A stretch of 64,000 bases of DNA from Raillietiella orientalis (Eukaryota). The translations under genes were made by a program, and so were the position numbers. The stretch lies in contig JAYWIR010000045.1 of assembly GCA_036172245.1 (NCBI GenBank), forward strand, positions 248,001 to 312,000. The letters run 5' to 3'. Below are positions 48,458-61,611 of the stretch, piece by piece (the first letter of the stretch is position 1; the number at the start of each line of letters is the position of its first letter). The notes under the pieces are model-generated. The model had not been told where the DNA came from. It saw only the letters and a list, made by a program, of their open reading frames with translations, and ran no database searches.

Positions 48458-49277
48458 TAATGAAAACCCTTTTTTGGGTCCATCTGTTTTCGCTGCTTTC
48501 CTTCCAGTTCTTTTTCTTTCTTCTGCATTTTCCTTTGTCTTTCTTTTTTGGTTCTCAAAGAGTGCTGAAGAACCATCTGCCTCTTTAGGGGGGACCCTTT
48601 AACACTGTCCACGCCATCCGAGAGTGCGCGTTAGCTCTTCAAGATAAAGGGGGTATTCCGGGAGGTGACTATCTTCTGAACCCATGAAGACTCCGGTGGA
48701 AGGAGTCCTTACCTCGTTTGTGCGCTTGGAAGGGAACCCACCCTCGCCCTTGTTGCCTCCAAAGGAAATCCTGAAGGAAACCTCTTCCTTATTCTCTCCA
48801 GAGTAACCCTCGGAGAGGGTTACTTCTCATTTCTTCCTCGAAGGGAATCCGGAAAGGTTCTCGCTCTCGGTTACTTCTCTGAAGAGAACCCCGAAGGGTT
48901 GCTTCCAAATTTCTCTCACGGGCGGCCCTCTTCTCACACTCTGGGGAGGAAACTCCCCGGTGGGGGTATCAATCAGCCCCATGATAATCCATGGACTGCT
49001 CCATTTTCACAACCGAAGAGGGATCTCGAAGGGAACCGGCTCCTTGATTCTTGGGAGGACCCTGAAAGGTCAAATTTCAATCCCGCAGTCGACGGGGGCA
49101 TCTGGATTCCGCCCTTGCCGCACCCGAAGCCTACAGGCCAACCAGCGTCGTCCTGCAGGGGGATCTCGAAACTCACGACACACCTCTCCATTTCTAGGCA
49201 TGGATCCTTCCCCGGGTGGGATTTCGAACCCGCAAAGCTTGGTATCATGAGCGAAGACCGCCGCCACACGACCGCCA
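48458..49277 (-). mobile_element. tRNA-headed SINE copy
   Basis: The head on the minus strand reads TGGCGGTCGTGTGG..GGGTTCGAAATCCC. Body and tail are colinear with the other copies. Confidence 0.85.
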
Positions 49278-51849
49278 AAGCGGTCCAGCAGCTGCATGCA
49301 GGCATCAGTTTTCAACTCATACACTCGTAAAGAAAGAAGGTGAAAGAGAACATTTTATGAAAGAAGATGCAGATCCTTCTGCTGGTGAAATGCATTGTCC
49401 ATCCATCCTCCATGTGTATCCTCACAGTGGTGGACTGCCTTATTTCTGCTCTGGAAGATTTTTCTTCTCAGTACTTCAGTGGTGATGAGAAGTAAAATCT
49501 TTACTGGAACATCATAAGTGCTAATAAAATTCGATGATGCAATTCCACTACTTTCAGAGCCAAGAGCTGAGAGTAAACAACCTAGGTGTGATGTCTAGAC
49601 CATTTTCTCATTTCTTGTCTTACGACAGGCGATGTACCACTAGGAAAGAGTATCAGAAATCTGAATCACTTGAAACAGCCTCAAGACGTTTGATTTTTGT
49701 GGAGGGGGTGAAAGCACTCTTCCTCTGCGTGGATGTCAACTTCCGGCGGGAGGTTTTTAGTCTCAGTCATCTCGAGAGGATTTTTTTTTCCCGATGCCCA
49801 TTCCATCATGTTGTGAGCTGAGACCACTTGATTTTTTGCTTCCCAGGAAAAAACATGTTTTGCAAGGGTTGCATTCCGATGAATTCCAATCGGCGTTGCC
49901 TTGGTAACGCATTCATGGTACATTTCCAGTTTGCCTTTCTAAAATCTCTCCAGCTGTCTATGTGGAGGTTCTTCCTTCTGTTCGACGTGGAGAGCACTGC
50001 ACTCTCCAATGGTAGCACAGTGAGCATCCCTGTCTCAGCCGTCGAGATATTTTTTTATTGAGATTTTGCTTTATCCTGTCAGTTAGGAAGATCTATCTTT
50101 AATTTTGGCTCATTTCGTGGACGAAGGGTTGCGCAATCGTAATCTCATGAATTATTTGCACTCATTAATTACGAATCATCCCTTGCGGATGAACTACTCC
50201 ATTAGATTCAGCAAAAGATTAATTGATAACGAGATGTTCGGGCATCCAGATAGAAGATCTATGGCCGAGTGCAGGGGTCGTCCTCCGGCTGGAGTTGAAA
50301 ATGGAACGATGAGGTAACGAATTTCCATTTTTTTAAATAATCGCCTTCCATCTGTTATTTGTCCAGGGCCTCAGTCCTTCTCTTTTTGCTGCATTCCTCT
50401 CATTCCCTGCTGTGTTTTCCTCGGCGGAGTGATTCTTGGGCAGCATTTAATGAAAGTAAACTCGGCAAAAGAACTGCGGAAGAAAAGAGAGCCAAGAGTG
50501 AAAGAGGTTTCGCTTGCAAAAGCGACTCGCGGCGCAACAACATGCTCATCTTCCTGGAGGCAGGAGGAATGCATGCCAGTTGGTAAACGAAGCGCCCAAC
50601 GACTCTGTCTGCGGCAAGCCGTCGGACCGAAAAGAAGTGTTCCACGCTTCTTCGAAAGGTGGTGCGCCTCCCTCCGCTCAGTGGAATCTGAAGAATGCAC
50701 CCACACATGGTGTAACAAGGAAACGCGAATTCAGGGAAAAACTGGCAAAGTCATCTCTGCTGTGTAGGCGTGGCAACTGCTTACGCGAGCTGGTGCTGAA
50801 TGCACTCGTCTGTGTTTGTGACCAGACCATCCCTGCACCGCTCCAAATGCTCTTTTATGGGTCATGACTCATCTGTTCGTGCGCGAAAGCTGTCTGCTAA
50901 AAAGAATAGCTCTCGGCAAAAACTCGCTCTTGGAGTTTTCGACTTCTGTAATTTGCAAACATTAACAGTCTCCCATGAAGATGCGCAGCCATTGCTTGGT
51001 CACAGAAATCCACCATTGAAACAAGTCGATATCGCGTTTAACGAGCCTTCTCGTCTCTTTCCGTAACAGATGAAGATTCTATTCCTGAAAAAAAAAAAAA
51101 AAAAGATTGTAACAAGGAATCTTTCTGATAGCGTTTTTGAACAGTGCACTCCCTTCCCCCTTCCTGTTTTTGTTTTTTTTTTTTGGTGTGACATCGTTCG
51201 CTATCAGAATCGTTCGCTTCGCCACACAAACTGCCACCCTTATCGTGCGATAAATGCCGGAGGGTTGTTGTGATGTCATCCTGAGAATAGCCACCAGATG
51301 TCTACATTCTCTTTCTCAGTCAAATCTGACGTCTTTGACCAAGAAATGTTTCCACCAAAGACTGCACGAGATCGAGAAAATGATTGAATATAAAATCTAC
51401 CCTACATGCATCTTTAGAAAACAATTAATTTTATGTTCCTGCACTCCTTGCTGAAAGACAGAACGTGCAGCATAGCTCCTACTCCAATCATCTACACCAT
51501 CATGTGAGAAATCTTTGATACGTATGCATTCAAAATAGATATTCATTATGACCTAATCACCCTTATTATTATTAGGTTGTGAAGGGAAATACGTGCAGTT
51601 TGAAATGCTTGGGATTTCTCCAGGGTCGAGTGCACAAGACAGATTGCCTGAATACAGAGGACCCACCAAACTTACCAGGCTGCGATCATAGCCCCTTGGC
51701 TAGGAAGCATGCAGCCCATTCAATTCTTTTTTGGCTCCGAGAATCGGGAAGCACTCAAAGTAAAAACATTTTCAGTCCCTCTAGGAACAGCAAAGGGCCC
51801 CCCCCGTGGATTAGCGGCTGGAAGAGGAGAGGACAGTTCGAACAAGGTG

Positions 51850-53350
51850 GCTTGACAGATGTGCTTCTACGAACGAATTTTCGTTTTAGAGTCTTACCTC
51901 GCACCATGCGTTTCATTGCATGTCTTACGCTGCATGGCTGGTTTTCTGCTACTCTTTTCTATCGTCTCTCACTTCGAATGAGCAGCACCGGATGAGCATG
52001 CATCAAAAACGATGCATTTTCGCTCCTGAAATGCATGGAGCAATGCAAGACAGACTGACCTGAAACAAAATCTCTCCGAAGATAGATAGCAGCTAGATTT
52101 CACCGCCTTCCGTGGACACTCGGGACAGACTTGGCCGGAGCAACACTTACTCCTCCCTCTCACTTGATTCTTCTTGGAGCAGTCCACAATGACCTTCGTA
52201 GCAGGAAAATTGGCAAACACAAGAATACCTCTACTGTTCGCTAAATTCTCGCCTGCTCGTGCTGGCACGCCTACCAGGATTTCATGGCTCTGGACAAAAC
52301 AAAAGAAATTCTGCTTTCAATCTCAGAATTGATCCTCTAGGCGCAATGAGCTACAAATGTGTCTACGAAGCTGGTAGCAGGGGTGAGGAGAGTTTCGAAC
52401 GAGCGAGAATACTTTCGACTGGAAACACCAAGTTGTAGCTTGTTGATTGCATTGGTCCAGAATCATGGGAAACCACTTTGCTGCCGAAACCAAAAGTTCT
52501 CTCCACATCCGCAGCTACTTGCTCGCTCAGTGCCAGTTTAAGGGAGACGGACGAGTTGTGGTTCACGAGGCATGAGGAAGGATTTTCGAACCCGTCTGGA
52601 ACCTAGAGTCTTTTGTTTCCGAAGAACCAACACGCTGTCGTTGGCAGCAAATGCTACGGCTCTCAGAAAGTCTCGTAGAAGGTATAGAGGCTGGTAACTT
52701 GGTTAATTGCATCTCATCAATCAGTAAGCTGGAATTAATACGGGGAAAGAGTCCTAAAGGAACTTTCGAAATTCCTTATTAAAACTTCGGCTGTTAGCTT
52801 TTACAACCCTTTCCAGAGTTTCGCCAAGCACGGTGCTGTTTCAGGAGCAACGCACTGTAGAGTGCCGTTTCCCATCGCTTGCCCACTAGGAACGAACTTC
52901 GGACCCAATAAATTTACTGCTGCCCTTCGGAGCAAGAAAAGAGCCGAGCTACGCGGAAAAGTCCACTACACGACGACCATAGGATTCTGCATCACTCAAG
53001 TGTGTTCCAGAAAGAGCTCCCGACTAGAGGGAAACGAAGTAGTAAAATTCCGAAGGGATGCAAAATGTTTGAAAGCACCGCGTCAGTAATCTGCTAAAGA
53101 GAGAAGCAAGCCGTTCGAGAGTCGGCGAGGCGATGGGAGAATCCAGGTTCCCAGTTCAAGGTTGTTAATCTCTGAATTCGACAGTCACGAATAGAAGGCC
53201 TCTGCCGAAGAGTGAAGTAAGCGTTCATGAGTTCTGTGTGCTGAGCGATAAAGCAAGCCAGATTTAGGCTCCGCACCAAACGTGGAATGCATCGGAAACC
53301 ATTTCATGGTCCAGGGAATTCTCGGATGAAACGCCGCCCTCCCCTTTGGT
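51850..53350 (-). mobile_element. Degenerate hAT transposase (BED remnant through the DDE N-terminal half)
   Basis: Ordered motifs LNLACFIAQHTEL (BED end), AFKHFASLRNF..FPSSR (GF..PSR), SSLLIDE (first D), FGFGSKVVSHDSG (second D) and a TRW-like remnant. Confidence 0.5.
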
Positions 53351-54169
53351 GCTGCTCATTCGAAGAGAGGAACGACGGAGAAGAGTAGACGAAGACCAAC
53401 CATCACGAGTCACCGTGTTTCCTGTGATCTTAGTTTCACCGGGATTGGTGTGGCAAGCCAACGCCGGGATGAACATTTGGTTCCTCGCCGAAGTCGAGGT
53501 GCAAATCTGTTTGCTGTACTCTTATGTCTCGCGTTCAACATTGACATCGACAGAGAAAACTCTTTGACTTATAGGCTGGGTCATTCTCGAGACGAGTACC
53601 CGGGACACGTACCGGAGCTCTCACCATAGATACCGCGGGAGTCCTGTGAATTCCTGAATGGTCACTGACAGGAAAGGGAGCGTTTCTAAGGAGCCTCCGT
53701 CTCTGTCCTTGACTGGCATTCACGAATCTCTTCGTGTTGTAGCTGATCCTGCTTGCCAGCATGCAGTGTGCGGACTTGATTCTTGCTCACAGAGTCGAGG
53801 AAGATACCCGACTCTTGTGTTTGGGACTCAGGTTGCGCGCACGAAGAATCCTGACGCATATTCTCCTTTTGTACGCTGGAAACAAGGAAGCTGAGACTTG
53901 GGATGCGAGTTCTGGGGCTCCTGTTTTCTATGTTGAGTTAGTCGGCAAGCTAAGAGCCTTCGAGAAATCTCGCGCTGGCAGAGCAGAATTTTCAGCGACT
54001 GCGATTCTGACTCAGACACCAATTACCAATCTGGAGAGTGGTTAGTGGAGAGTGCCAGCTCCCTCTTTGATCGAAATAGGTAAGAAACATGTGAACAGCG
54101 CGAGCAGGCTCACCCGGTCGCCTAGGTAACGGAGCTTGAGATCAGTCGGCTTGAGCTACTGTTCGTAGA

Positions 54170-54770
54170 CTCTTTCATTCAATGTTTCCAAGAAGACCAT
54201 CAAGGACGAAACAGTAAAGGAAAGGAGAAGAATGGGTGTGCCAAGAATGGTGAGATGCTGCACCTTGCCGAAAATAGCAAGGACCGAAGAGAACACATTT
54301 CATTTCTTGACAACCGAGGTTCCAGGTTTCGTGAAATTGAAAAATAAAATCAAATTGAATAAGGTGAGGGCATAAGGAATAAAGCGAGCTCGCCATGCTG
54401 ATGTGATCCTGATGAGTGAGCTGAGGAGGCCATCTTTCGTGCTGTTCCATCGATCTATTAGAACTAATCCTAAGCTATTTCTGAACAAAGAGATAAAATC
54501 CCAGCTGGTGATCTGACGAGAGCCTTGAAAAATCTTCCTTGCATAAATGTTTGGGATTGTTTTTTCTCAACTGTTACTGTGGCTCTGCAAGTGGGCTGCT
54601 GTTGCACTCTGGAAATCTTGTTGATAGCTACCGAGGTATCTCTCACGGAATTCCTGCATCAAAACTTCCATTTCCACACTTCTTTTCCATGCACCGTTGT
54701 CTTCAAACGGGAAAAATCGCAAACGAATCGGGTGTCACTTTTGAAACAAGGATATTTGCACAGATAAGTT
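54170..54770 (-). mobile_element. Possible EnSpm/CMC-like transposase relic
   Basis: IDGTARKMASS...FYFSISRNLEPRLSRNE resembles DG....S...YF.I.NLPP.LR. Confidence 0.35.
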
Positions 54771-54912
54771 CCCCAGAAAATGGTTCCCGAATCAGAACAT
54801 GGAGAATACCTTTGCAGTATTACCTAAGAAATGAGTCTTTTCACATGGATCAGCGTTTCCATCAATGTCAACAAAACAAGTAAACATGAAATAGAGAGTG
54901 GAAGGGGAAGGG

Positions 54913-55468
54913 TCAGGAAGAGTCGATGCAAAACAGACGCTTGAGGGTACAGTGCCCAGAGTCGCATTCGGGAGCACCGCTCTCGATGCACACGAGAGGA
55001 AGCCAATCACCTCGAACCGGCGCGCCATCCGACCACCAAGGACTGCAGAGAAGGTGAGGAAGGTAGGTGAGGAAGTGAGGACAGAACGCATCCTCAGCAG
55101 ATGAGCCAACTGCCGAACCGCGTTCACGGTAAGCAACTGACAAGCCGCTGACCCAGATCAAGAGCAAGAAGGATCGGAGGCTGCTGGCCTCCAGTCCACT
55201 GGTTCCGGAAATCAGCGTGAAACAGATGCCGCATCTGTCCTCCGGAGAGAAGTCAGAGTGGGCATTGCTCTCTACGAGTGTTCATCATGGGTGCTAGGGG
55301 AGGCAATGCAAAAGAAGAGGAGAACAGTTACCGAGAACTTCTACAAAGGAGTGTGGACAGCTGTCCACCAAGAGCGATCGTGGTAGGATCTCTGGGATGC
55401 CGCAGATGGCTGATTAGCGGGGAGGGGGATCGAAACTTCCCGAGAAACGGTGGGGAAATGGTGTGCTC
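54913..55468 (+). repeat. Near-identical inverted duplicate of 27998-28554
   Basis: By-eye alignment, about 99% identity. Confidence 0.95.
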
Positions 55469-55904
55469 GAGGATACGCATTCACAGGATGTACATTGGAA
55501 ACATTGGATGGCCCGTGATGAAAGAGTCTTCAGTATCTCAGCATCGTTACGAGTTGAAGTGAAGAAAGATGGCGAATATGGTGGAAATTTCGACCTCCAT
55601 TGGTCGGTGTCCCTTCTTTTAGATGGTTGTACTTGAGAGCACTTCTTTCACGAAGCGTGCAAATCCGTGTGCTGCTCATTTGTTTGTTTCTTCACGTGGT
55701 TTTGTTTCAGTAAGGTGCATTCGCTCTTGCACTGTGCTCCAGGCTGGTGTTTTGGTGAATACTGTGTTTACATGCCACCCTGCCAATGGAAAAGAGGAAA
55801 AAAACAAAAAACTGTGCTTTCATCATGATCAAAGATGTAGATTTTGCGAGAAGAAGAAGAAGAAAAGAATTTCGTTCAATGGTCCGAGATGATGCAATGA
55901 GAAT

Positions 55905-56755
55905 AGTGGAAATCCTTCCTTGGGTATTCTGTTTCACTGCTTTCCTTCCAGCTTTTTTTTTCCTTCTTCCGGGTTTTCTTTCTTTTTTTGGTTCTCTGAG
56001 TGCTAAAGCCACTCTCCTCCTTGAGGGGGAGGGAAGCTCACGAGGCTGTCAAAAGTGTCTACGAGAGTGCCTATTAACTCTTCAAGATAGGGGGCAGCCC
56101 GGAGGGACCACCCTATGAATCCAGGAGGAAGAGGATCCGTTGCTCTTACCTTCCGGGGAGAACCCTCGCCCTGGTTGCCTCCGAAGGGACTCTGAAGGGA
56201 ACCACTCTTATTCTCTCCGGAGGGACCCGCCGGAGGGAGCTGTGCCTCATTCCTTATTCGAAGGGAACCCGGAAAAGATACGCTTCTGAAATTTCTTCTC
56301 CGGAGAGAGCCCGCAAGGGATGCCTCCAGATTTCTCTGAAAGGAGTTCTCCAAAGGGAGCAGCGCGCTTCTTAACACTCTGGAGAGGCAATCCCCTTACG
56401 CGGAGGGGTATCAACCAGCTCCATGGCATGCGATAGAGGGTTCACTCTTTGCTAGGAAGGACGAGGCAGCTCCATTTTCACAACCGGAGGGAAACCCTGA
56501 AGGAAACCGAATCCTTGATTCCTGGAAGGACCTCGGAGGGTGGTCGACTTCCGATCCCGGCCTTTCAACGAGAGCATCTGGGGTTTTTTAGCTTTCACCA
56601 GTGCCGCATCCGTAGCCTGGAGGCTAGCCAGCGCCATCACTCGAAACCAAGATGCATCCCCTATTTTCGACTTCGATCCTTCCCCGGGTGGGGTTCGAAC
56701 CCTCAACGCTCAGTATCACTAGAGGAGACCACAGCCGCTCGGCCGCCAGCGCCGG
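55905..56755 (-). mobile_element. tRNA-headed SINE copy
   Basis: The head on the minus strand reads TGGCGGCCGAGCGG (A box) .. GGGTTCGAACCCC (B box). Body and tail are colinear with the other copies. Confidence 0.85.
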
Positions 56756-56999
56756 GATGGTGCAACGAAAATGAAGAAAAAGAACGCGGAACAAACGGAG
56801 AGTATGGGCATGCGATCCGAAGAAATCCAGTTTAGGAGATAACCGTTCATCCTGCTTTGCCATCATGAGCTAGCGCTGGAGAAGTCAGCGAGGGGATCAC
56901 TGCATTCTAAATGAACTGAGAATCCATCGGTTCATCCTCATATCTGGAAGACGAGTAGCTGGAGCTGGATTCCCAAGTAGGCGAGGGAGATGAAACGCA

Positions 57000-59000
57000 T
57001 AAATGCCTTTTCCTGGAAATCTTGAAAACACGAGCGGAAACGAGGGACCATGTAAGAACACTCATCAATCATCCAGCATCGATATTGTTGTTCTTATTGA
57101 AGCTAAGAAAGGATATCAGGAATTGCGTGTACGCAATCTATCGTGCCTCCTAGCTACAAGTGTCGTTCAATCCTTCCGAGTGAGCATCTGACCATTTATT
57201 TAGGATTACGTGAGGAGGAATGGAGGGGGGCAGATCCTCTTTCGGAACAGCCAAGCTTCGAAGATTATCTGGTGCCTCGTGGGTGTACCAGGAGTACGCA
57301 GTCCTCCCGAGATGCAATTCCGACATCAAAGTGGAATCTTCCCGCCCTGGTGCAATCGATTATTCTGCATTTGTTGTTCGCACCTACCGCCCTCTAACAC
57401 AGCTGTGCTGCTTGGCAACAAATGTAAGTCAAAAGCGCCTTCGTGACGATGCAAATTTGTGGTGTATAATGGTTGGGGAAAAGAAGCACATACTCTTCAA
57501 TATTTTGGGGGAAAACTCTACTAGACATTTGGATCAGAGAATCCATCATGTGACTGATTACACCTTGCCAGACATGGATCAGAAATGATTTTGCCGGCAG
57601 GATCTCAACATTTTCTCCATCGTTTGTCTTGCTCTTAACAGGAACAGTTTATCGGGGAAAACCAGAAGAGTAAAGGAATCAAAGAATGAAACACTTTTTG
57701 CGTGACATCATTAGTGTCCACTCAACATTGATGATCCGTGTTTGCAGCTGAAAGAAACTGGAGGAGGGAGTCGTTCAGCCTCACTAGAGTGTGCTCTATT
57801 GAAACAAGAAACGGCGCAATTCCACACCTATTGTTTCGCCTATCCTGTATTCATGAACAGTCCTTTTGAATGGATGCTTCATGTAGATCAGTGCTTCCCA
57901 AATTGGGCGATTCCGCCCCTTGGTGGGCGATGGAACGATTCAAGGGGGAGTTAGCAGCCTCAAGAGCAGCTAAGGAGCGTTGAATAAAAATAGGGGTGTT
58001 GGGGGGTGGCGGTGAAAGAACAAAGAAAGAGGAGAAGATGAGAAAATTAAAAAAAGCTGTTCGTACAAGTTTCATCTGTTGTGTACCATGGGAAGTCGTA
58101 GTTAGGTTAGGTACCTTGTTTCCCAAGTAAACACATCAAATGCAAGTTGTAATCTGTTCGTGGTCAAATCTGCCGACGAGTCTCATCAAGAAAGTGTTGG
58201 CAGACGAGCGTGTAGCGCATTTTCGGAAAATCCAGCATGCATCTGCAGGAATAGGTACGTATAATTACTCGTTTACAATACCATACTATTAATGGGCGAA
58301 ATTATGAAATACAAATTCAAATTGTTTCTGAACTGTATGAGAACTGTTTAATGCGAATGTTACTATGGTCGATTCCAATAAATAATTTAAGCCTCAACAT
58401 GTTTTGTTTGCACCATCCTTTCTTACTATGCTGTAGGACGTCGCTAGAAGAAATGTACATACATAAAATAACGCAGATTTGTTGCTACATCTTTCTGTTT
58501 GTTCACATAAAGAAGGTATATTTTCAGGGGGACGCTGAGTAGTTTTTTATCTGAAAAAGGGGCGGTAGGTCAAATAAGTTTGGGAACCTATGATGTAGAT
58601 TCTTCAGATATGTTCCAAGATAAACCAACATGGTTCAGCATCAGGTCGAAGTTGCTACTGCTATCGACCGAGATCTCCGAGCCCGAACGGGTGATTCCGA
58701 CCCATTTCGTTCGTGGCTAGTGGAACCGCAATGAGGGTGCCACAAATTTCACCCCTCTTCCCCTCGAATGGATGCGTCTCGCATCGCTCCTGAGACCTGG
58801 ATGTATACGTCAAATCCAAAGACTAGCATCCAACGCCTGCGCTGGAGGCCGTGTGGCTACAAAGACCTGAAGGTGGGCGAAACTCCAAGGTGTTCCCTTA
58901 AACCAACCTCATAATCACCCCTCCGAGCCTGGATTCGTGTCGAAACAAACGCTGCAAGCTCGGGAGAACACCGCTGCTGAGTTGGCAAGGAGAGATCTCA
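57000..59000 (+). mobile_element. Degenerate CR1/L2/Jockey-type reverse transcriptase, split by the hAT MITE
   Basis: RGADPLS..LVP..IPTSKW (GxD..P..WK), VRTYRPLTQL (NYRPIS), GENST and QDLNIFSIV (D..KAF.V). RT-like peptides continue after 58600. Confidence 0.55.
57889..58592. mobile_element. Non-autonomous hAT (Buster/Charlie-type) MITE, 704 bp
   Basis: Left TIR cagtgcttcccaaa and right TIR tttgggaacctatg. Perfect 8-bp TSD atgtagat at 57881-57888 and 58593-58600, with the nnnTAnnn pattern of Buster elements. Confidence 0.92.
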
Positions 59001-60686
59001 ATCTCTGAGTCAAGAAGATAAAACACACACACACACACAAAGCACTTCAAATCCCAAAAGCCTTCGCATAACAGAGCAAACCAAATTTCATCAAGGAAGG
59101 CTGCGAATCGTTGCGAACTCCGAGGCTTTTTTGCACAGACAGGTTCCTCCTCTTCGATTTGTTTCCGCAAGTACCAATTAAAGATGCATAGGAGCTAAAG
59201 AACAAACTTTGCATCTTTTCGTTCCCACTTACATTCAGGCACCAGCGAGCTGCCATTCGTAAATCTCAGTGGCAATTGATGCCTCCCATCCTAGAAAAGG
59301 GAAACCTCCTCCAAATTGCAGCTTCCTTTGAACCTCTGTCTGAGCCACAAATTCTCTCTCCTACAAGTCACCGCTGTTTCTTTTTGCTTGATATGATGCT
59401 TGAGTGTTCCTCCGAGGTGCGACACGTCATGCACAAAAGGGCCGAGGGAGGACCAGTCAGAGTTTAAATACGATAGAAGAAATTTATTTTACTTTTTTTT
59501 TTTCCACAATCCTTACATGCTGGAAATCGTCATCCTTGAAGGAATTTCCTTATTTCTGGATGCTCGAGAATTTTCGTCACACAATTACAATAAATAAAAG
59601 GTAAGTTGAACGTCCGACGATGAAAATGCAGAATTGGTGTGTAGCGTCTTCCATAGAAGGAAGTCAGAGTCATACGAAGCAGAACATGCTGAAAACTTTC
59701 GTGAAAAGAACGAATCCGGCATTGTCTGTCAGGAGAGGCTGGTTGAAAATCATGCTCCTGTCGGAGGTTCCCGTTTACCTTGTTTTTTCGTAAAGTGTAC
59801 ACTCGATCCTGCTACGCTACTGATTGTGGTCATCTAGTGAGCAATTTTCCAGCCTCTTTATCAACAAAATAACTGCAAGAACACTTCGTGACCTCTCTCG
59901 CATATGATCTTTAAGGAGTTAATCTCTTCGACGAAACACGGAACGAAACGCTGATGGAACATCATGAGACCAGGGTTGTTGTTCCCGTAAAGGAAGGACA
60001 TGTGAAACCAGAATGAAATGCGTGCCAGATGACAACGAAACTGTTGCTCACCTGAGTCTGAGGGTGGGATCCACTGGGAACACTCCTAAAGGCATCATAT
60101 GATGGCGCGAAATGACGGATTCCTCTTTTCGTTTAAGAAAATTGCGTGTCGGAATGGAGGACACTGAGGAGGGTTCAAAGAAGCCACTTTAGAACACGGA
60201 GTCATAGGGTCGCCAGAAGCTGTCAAAAAATTGCATTCAAAATTTCGATCTTCTGATGAAACACTGCACTCTCGCCACCGGAGGATTCCAAGAGGAAGAA
60301 TAATCATCTCGAAATTCCGATGCTCTTTCCTGAATAATCTTTTCGAATTTTCTTGACCTCTTCTGGGTATCGATGCTTCTGCAGCTCAGTATAGAAAGAG
60401 CTACCACTGGTCATCCTTTTGCACGAAAGCGTTGTGGCAACTAGATTCCGGGCTGGTTCCCTGAATCTCTGTCTCACTGACGCCGCAGTTACCAAATTTG
60501 ATATCTTCATTCCATTTCGGTTTGTACCCGTTTCCTCTTTCAGTGCAACAGACTACACAGAACAGATGGAAGTCATATAACACTTGTCTTCGATTGTGTA
60601 GATTCTTCATCACGGATGGGGTCATGGGGAGTAAGAGTTCGGACACTCAAAACTCTCCCACATACCGGCTTGGCATGAATTCTGGT

Positions 60687-61017
60687 TTATCGTCCGGTCA
60701 AGCCAGGGCGTTTATTATAAAAAATCATAAACATATATGTGTAGGGCCGTCGGCCCTACATCGTCCGAGAATGTTCGGATCCTGACGAGCAGCTGGCACG
60801 CAGGCCAGCGAGGATCTCCTCGGCAGCGCAGGAGAGAGGACCCGGTTGTTCTTCAGCGCCAAGGGACACTCGAGGTCTTGTAGGATTTCCAACAGCTCGC
60901 CGCACTGCTTGTGGAGGGGCACTTGGGTGGCAGCGTGCGTGAGCCTGTGGTCCAACCACCTAATTCCTTCGTCCGAAGACCTATTTCGCAACTGACCTCC
61001 CATTTGGCCCGTCTGGG
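60687..61017 (-). mobile_element. 331-bp 5'-truncated L1/Tx1-like insertion (copy F) with a 17-bp TSD
   Basis: ttggcatgaattctggt at 60670-60686 and 61018-61034. Perfect hairpin at 60740-60760. AATAAA at 60711-60716 (minus) followed by cgccctggcttgaccggacgataa. Confidence 0.85.
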
Positions 61018-61611
61018 TTGGCATGAATTCTGGTGATTCACATTCAAGTATCCCTTTGAATCGGCAACCATTAAAGTTTCTTCGACTCTAACACGCGTTT
61101 CCATCTCCTCCTCGTTCCTGTCGAGCGCGATCCAAACAAAAGTTAGTCCCTTCGGTCGACCGCTTGTTTGCCATCCAAACAAGAGTTTTATTAATCCCTT
61201 AGGCGTACACTTGGTAAAGAGAGGTACCTGGATACGATCCCTTTTTTGATCGGCACTCGCAGTCACACAGAACGCTCTTCCAAGTATGCTTAAAAGTCTT
61301 CCATGTTGGCGTAGACTCGAGATCCTTTGCTTTTCAAAAATCATCTCCACGGAAGCATTGGTGATGCTATCGAGATTCACTCATAGAATCCAAGATGGAG
61401 CTTTCTGACTCAGAAATGAACAGGTTGCCCACTGATACTCCGGCATCTTTTACTTATGAAATTTCGGTTTCTTGGTAGAGAACTAACCTCTCCCCAAACT
61501 GTTTGCGACTCCTCCCCAGCCACAGAGCTGTTTTGAGAGCGTGGGCAGTAGTCAACAACATGGCTAGGTGGGAGGTTTCCTTCTGCATAGCAGTAGTCAG
61601 CAAATCGATGA

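Noticed and set aside
58099..58112. Arthropod telomeric TTAGG repeat
   Set aside because: Only two units, located inside the hAT MITE.
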